Shown here: positions 61,564-64,000 of the stretch, piece after piece
Layout: the number at the start of each line of letters is the position of its first letter
How positions within the stretch are numbered: position 1 is the stretch's first letter
Assembly (NCBI GenBank): GCA_951406725.2
Contig: OX597826.1
Coordinates: 11,718,001 to 11,782,000 of the forward strand
Reading direction: 5' to 3'
Length of the DNA: 64,000 nucleotides
Origin: Octopus vulgaris
Taxonomy: Eukaryota
Translations under genes and position numbers: made by a program
The notes under the pieces: model-generated
What the model was told of the DNA's origin: nothing
The model's database searches: none
What the model saw: only the letters and a program-made list of their open reading frames with translations

Positions 61564-62196
61564 TGATGATTATTTTCATTTCTATCAAACTATCAAACTG
61601 CTAAGTTACTAGACAAAGATATAAGCACACACAACATATACTAAACACATACACACACGCTTATGTACAGAGTTTCTACTTACTAAATTCCGCTCACTAC
61701 ACCTTGGGTTACCTGAGACCACAGTAGAAAAGACTAGCCCAAAGTACCTTGCTGTTGGATTGAACCTGGTACCTGACCTCCTTAACCAAACTACTGAGGC
61801 TGCATGTAGTACAGTGATGCTAATTTTTTTTTTTTATATAGTTCAATGTGTTGAAATTTTAATTTTTTTAATAATTCTGTTATTGAAGTATCACATGTAC
61901 ACATACAACTATTTATAGGGTATTCTTGCATAAGGATTTCATTAAAAATTTTTTCGTGTATCGCCTAAAAACCTGTAGGTGTGTTACAGGTGTGCTATCA
62001 TTGGTCTGGAATGGCATTGGTTTGTTATAATTTTAGTTTCTGTTAATCTTAGTAATTATGCTGCCATTGGTTCTTACAATATTTTACCTTAATTGCACTC
62101 ATCACATTGGCATGTAATCACATTGATAATTATTCATCATGTAATTAATGAATGAATTTTGTAAGTTTTTATATTTTATTATTTCTTCCCAAACAG

Positions 62197-62272
62197 TTGG
62201 CATCAATGGGTTTGAACATAGTTTTAATAAGTAGAACTCCAGAAAAACTAGCTGCTGTTGCCAAAGAAATTG
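62197..62272 (+). CDS. HSD17B12: HSD17B12-like exon 3 (LASMGLNIVLISRTPEKLAAVAKEI)
   Basis: cccaaacag| acceptor, G|gtaaat donor, 76 nt; phases fit exons 2 and 4. Confidence 0.9.
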
Positions 62273-63650
62273 GTAAATATATCTTTTTAAATGTTATTTA
62301 AAGAGCATTTTGTAAGTAATATACAAAATTAATGTTGCTATCTGAACTAAGTAAAAACTAATATCTTTATGTTCCTTCTGTTTTTAATCTTGGTTATCAT
62401 TATTATTAACTATGTCAACAGTATTTGTTGTAGCTTTTGCAAATTGATCGAGGAAGATAAAATAGTAATTAGTAAACTTAGTTGGTCCAAAGCCTACCAA
62501 GAAATTGGTTTCTATGGTCGGATGCCCTTCCTAACACCAACCACTTCACAATGTGTGCTGGGTGCTTTTAACGTGAAACCAGCACGAGCACTTCTACACG
62601 GCACTGGCACAACTGCTTTTTATGTGACACCAGTGCAGGGGTCTTGCAGGCCAATCCTTTTCGTCAGGGGAAGTGGCCCTAACACTTCTGTAATTTGTGT
62701 AAAATTTTCCTACAAGTGGCTACGAAGTATCAGTCTTACTAGCTGTTTTGGTGCATGTCATTCTGGTCATTCTTGTGTTACAATATGTTTTGTGACATCT
62801 ACCACCATGTCTCAAAAATAAATTCTTTAAATGTTGCCGGTCATATGAATTACCATGCTGTTATCTTCTTCTTCCAATCAGAACTCACACCATTAGCCAC
62901 AAAAAATAATCTCTCATTCGAGCCTACTCTAAGCTACTAAGAATACATATGGCAACTTGAAGATCCACCCACCACAAGCAATAGACTGGTGGTTGCACGG
63001 GCGCGAAAGCTACGTTGTTATCCTCATTCTGTAAACATGGGCTTTTTAACGGGTGGAGAGCTGAACCATCCTGGGGTACAGAGGATTCGCAATCTAGACT
63101 AGGGTCTGAAAGTTTACCACGTCATAGTGGGTTACACCATGGTTCCTCTGCTTTGTGGCAGAAGTAGGATGTAAGAGTGAGAGAAAGTTGTGGTGAAAGA
63201 GTACAGCGAGGTCCCCACCCCCCGCCGGAGCCTCGAGGAGCTTAGGTGTTTTTGCTCAGTAAACACTCACAATGCCCTGTCTGGGAATCGAAACCACGTT
63301 CTTACGACCACGAGTTCACTGTCCTAACCACTGGGCCATTGCACTTCCACTCCATGCTGTTGTTGTGTAACCTCTGGCCAAGCATGGTTGAACAACCTGT
63401 GCGTAAATGTGATCCAGCCATGACCATCTCACCAGTTTAAGGATGTCTAAGCACTTCATTATCTTTTGTATCTTTTTCCTATTTATGACATGATTTCTGA
63501 TAGATCTGGCTGCTATTTCTAGTTATTCAAGTGACCACTTAGAAACCCGTTGCATTGACTGTGGATTGCTATTATATTGTATTAAACAAATTTTTCCGTA
63601 TTTCTTTTATTTCTATACTTCATTGTATTTTCATTTTTTATATATTTCAG

Positions 63651-63761
63651 AGACGACTTATAAAGTTGAAACCAAAACAATTACTATGGATTTTTCTGAT
63701 AGAAAATTAAATTATGGTGAAATAAAATCAGTATTAAAGGATATGAAAATCTCTACTTTGG
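63651..63761 (+). CDS. HSD17B12: HSD17B12-like exon 4 (ETTYKVETKTITMDFS...IKSVLKDMKISTL)
   Basis: atttcag| acceptor, G|gtaata donor; KVETKTI.MDF motif; ends just before the expected VNNVG. Confidence 0.85.
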
Positions 63762-63824
63762 GTAATATTATCACTTTTTTTATCTTTCATTACTCTCACT
63801 AGAACAGTCTTTTGACTCTTTACT

Positions 63825-64000
63825 CTCTTTTACTCTTTTACTTGTTTCAGTCATTTGACTGTGGCCATGCTGGAGCACCGCCTTTAGTCGACCAAATTGA
63901 TTTATTCTTTATATAAGGCTAGTACTTATTCTATCAGTCCCTTTTGCCTAACCACTAAGTTATGGGGACGTAAACACACCAGCATCGGTTGTCAAGCGAT
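63825..64000 (-). mobile_element. SINE family B 3' half, running off the window
   Basis: Matches the family B tail. Confidence 0.8.

Overview
Eukaryotic, AT- and microsatellite-rich DNA. The SINE/LINE content points to a coleoid cephalopod, most likely Octopus (inference). The only host gene I can support is the 5' part of an HSD17B12/KAR-like short-chain dehydrogenase (very-long-chain 3-oxoacyl-CoA reductase): + strand, four exons at 46387-46582, 57208-57254, 62197-62272 and 63651-63761, continuing past the window. The rest is mobile DNA: an apparently intact two-ORF Tx1-clade (L1-like) retrotransposon in a (GA)n/(GATA)n microsatellite, two further remnants of that family, CR1-like and RTE-like fragments, pogo and mariner remnants, several tRNA-derived SINE families, MITEs (MULE-, Merlin-, Tigger-, Tc1- and hAT-like) and non-autonomous Helitrons. 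Most interesting signals: (1) a Nin-domain-like SINE whose 3' tail matches the 3' end of the Tx1 element in the same window, a candidate SINE/Tx1 partnership with a shared insertion-site motif; (2) four minimal type-I hammerhead ribozymes of the Penelope/retrozyme type, plus a multicopy family with a consistent non-canonical core (CUGUNGA-A); (3) exon 1 of the gene is bracketed by two inverted copies of one MULE-like MITE; (4) several intronic inverted repeats that could form dsRNA. All alignments were made by eye. Most short ORFs in the track are microsatellite artefacts.
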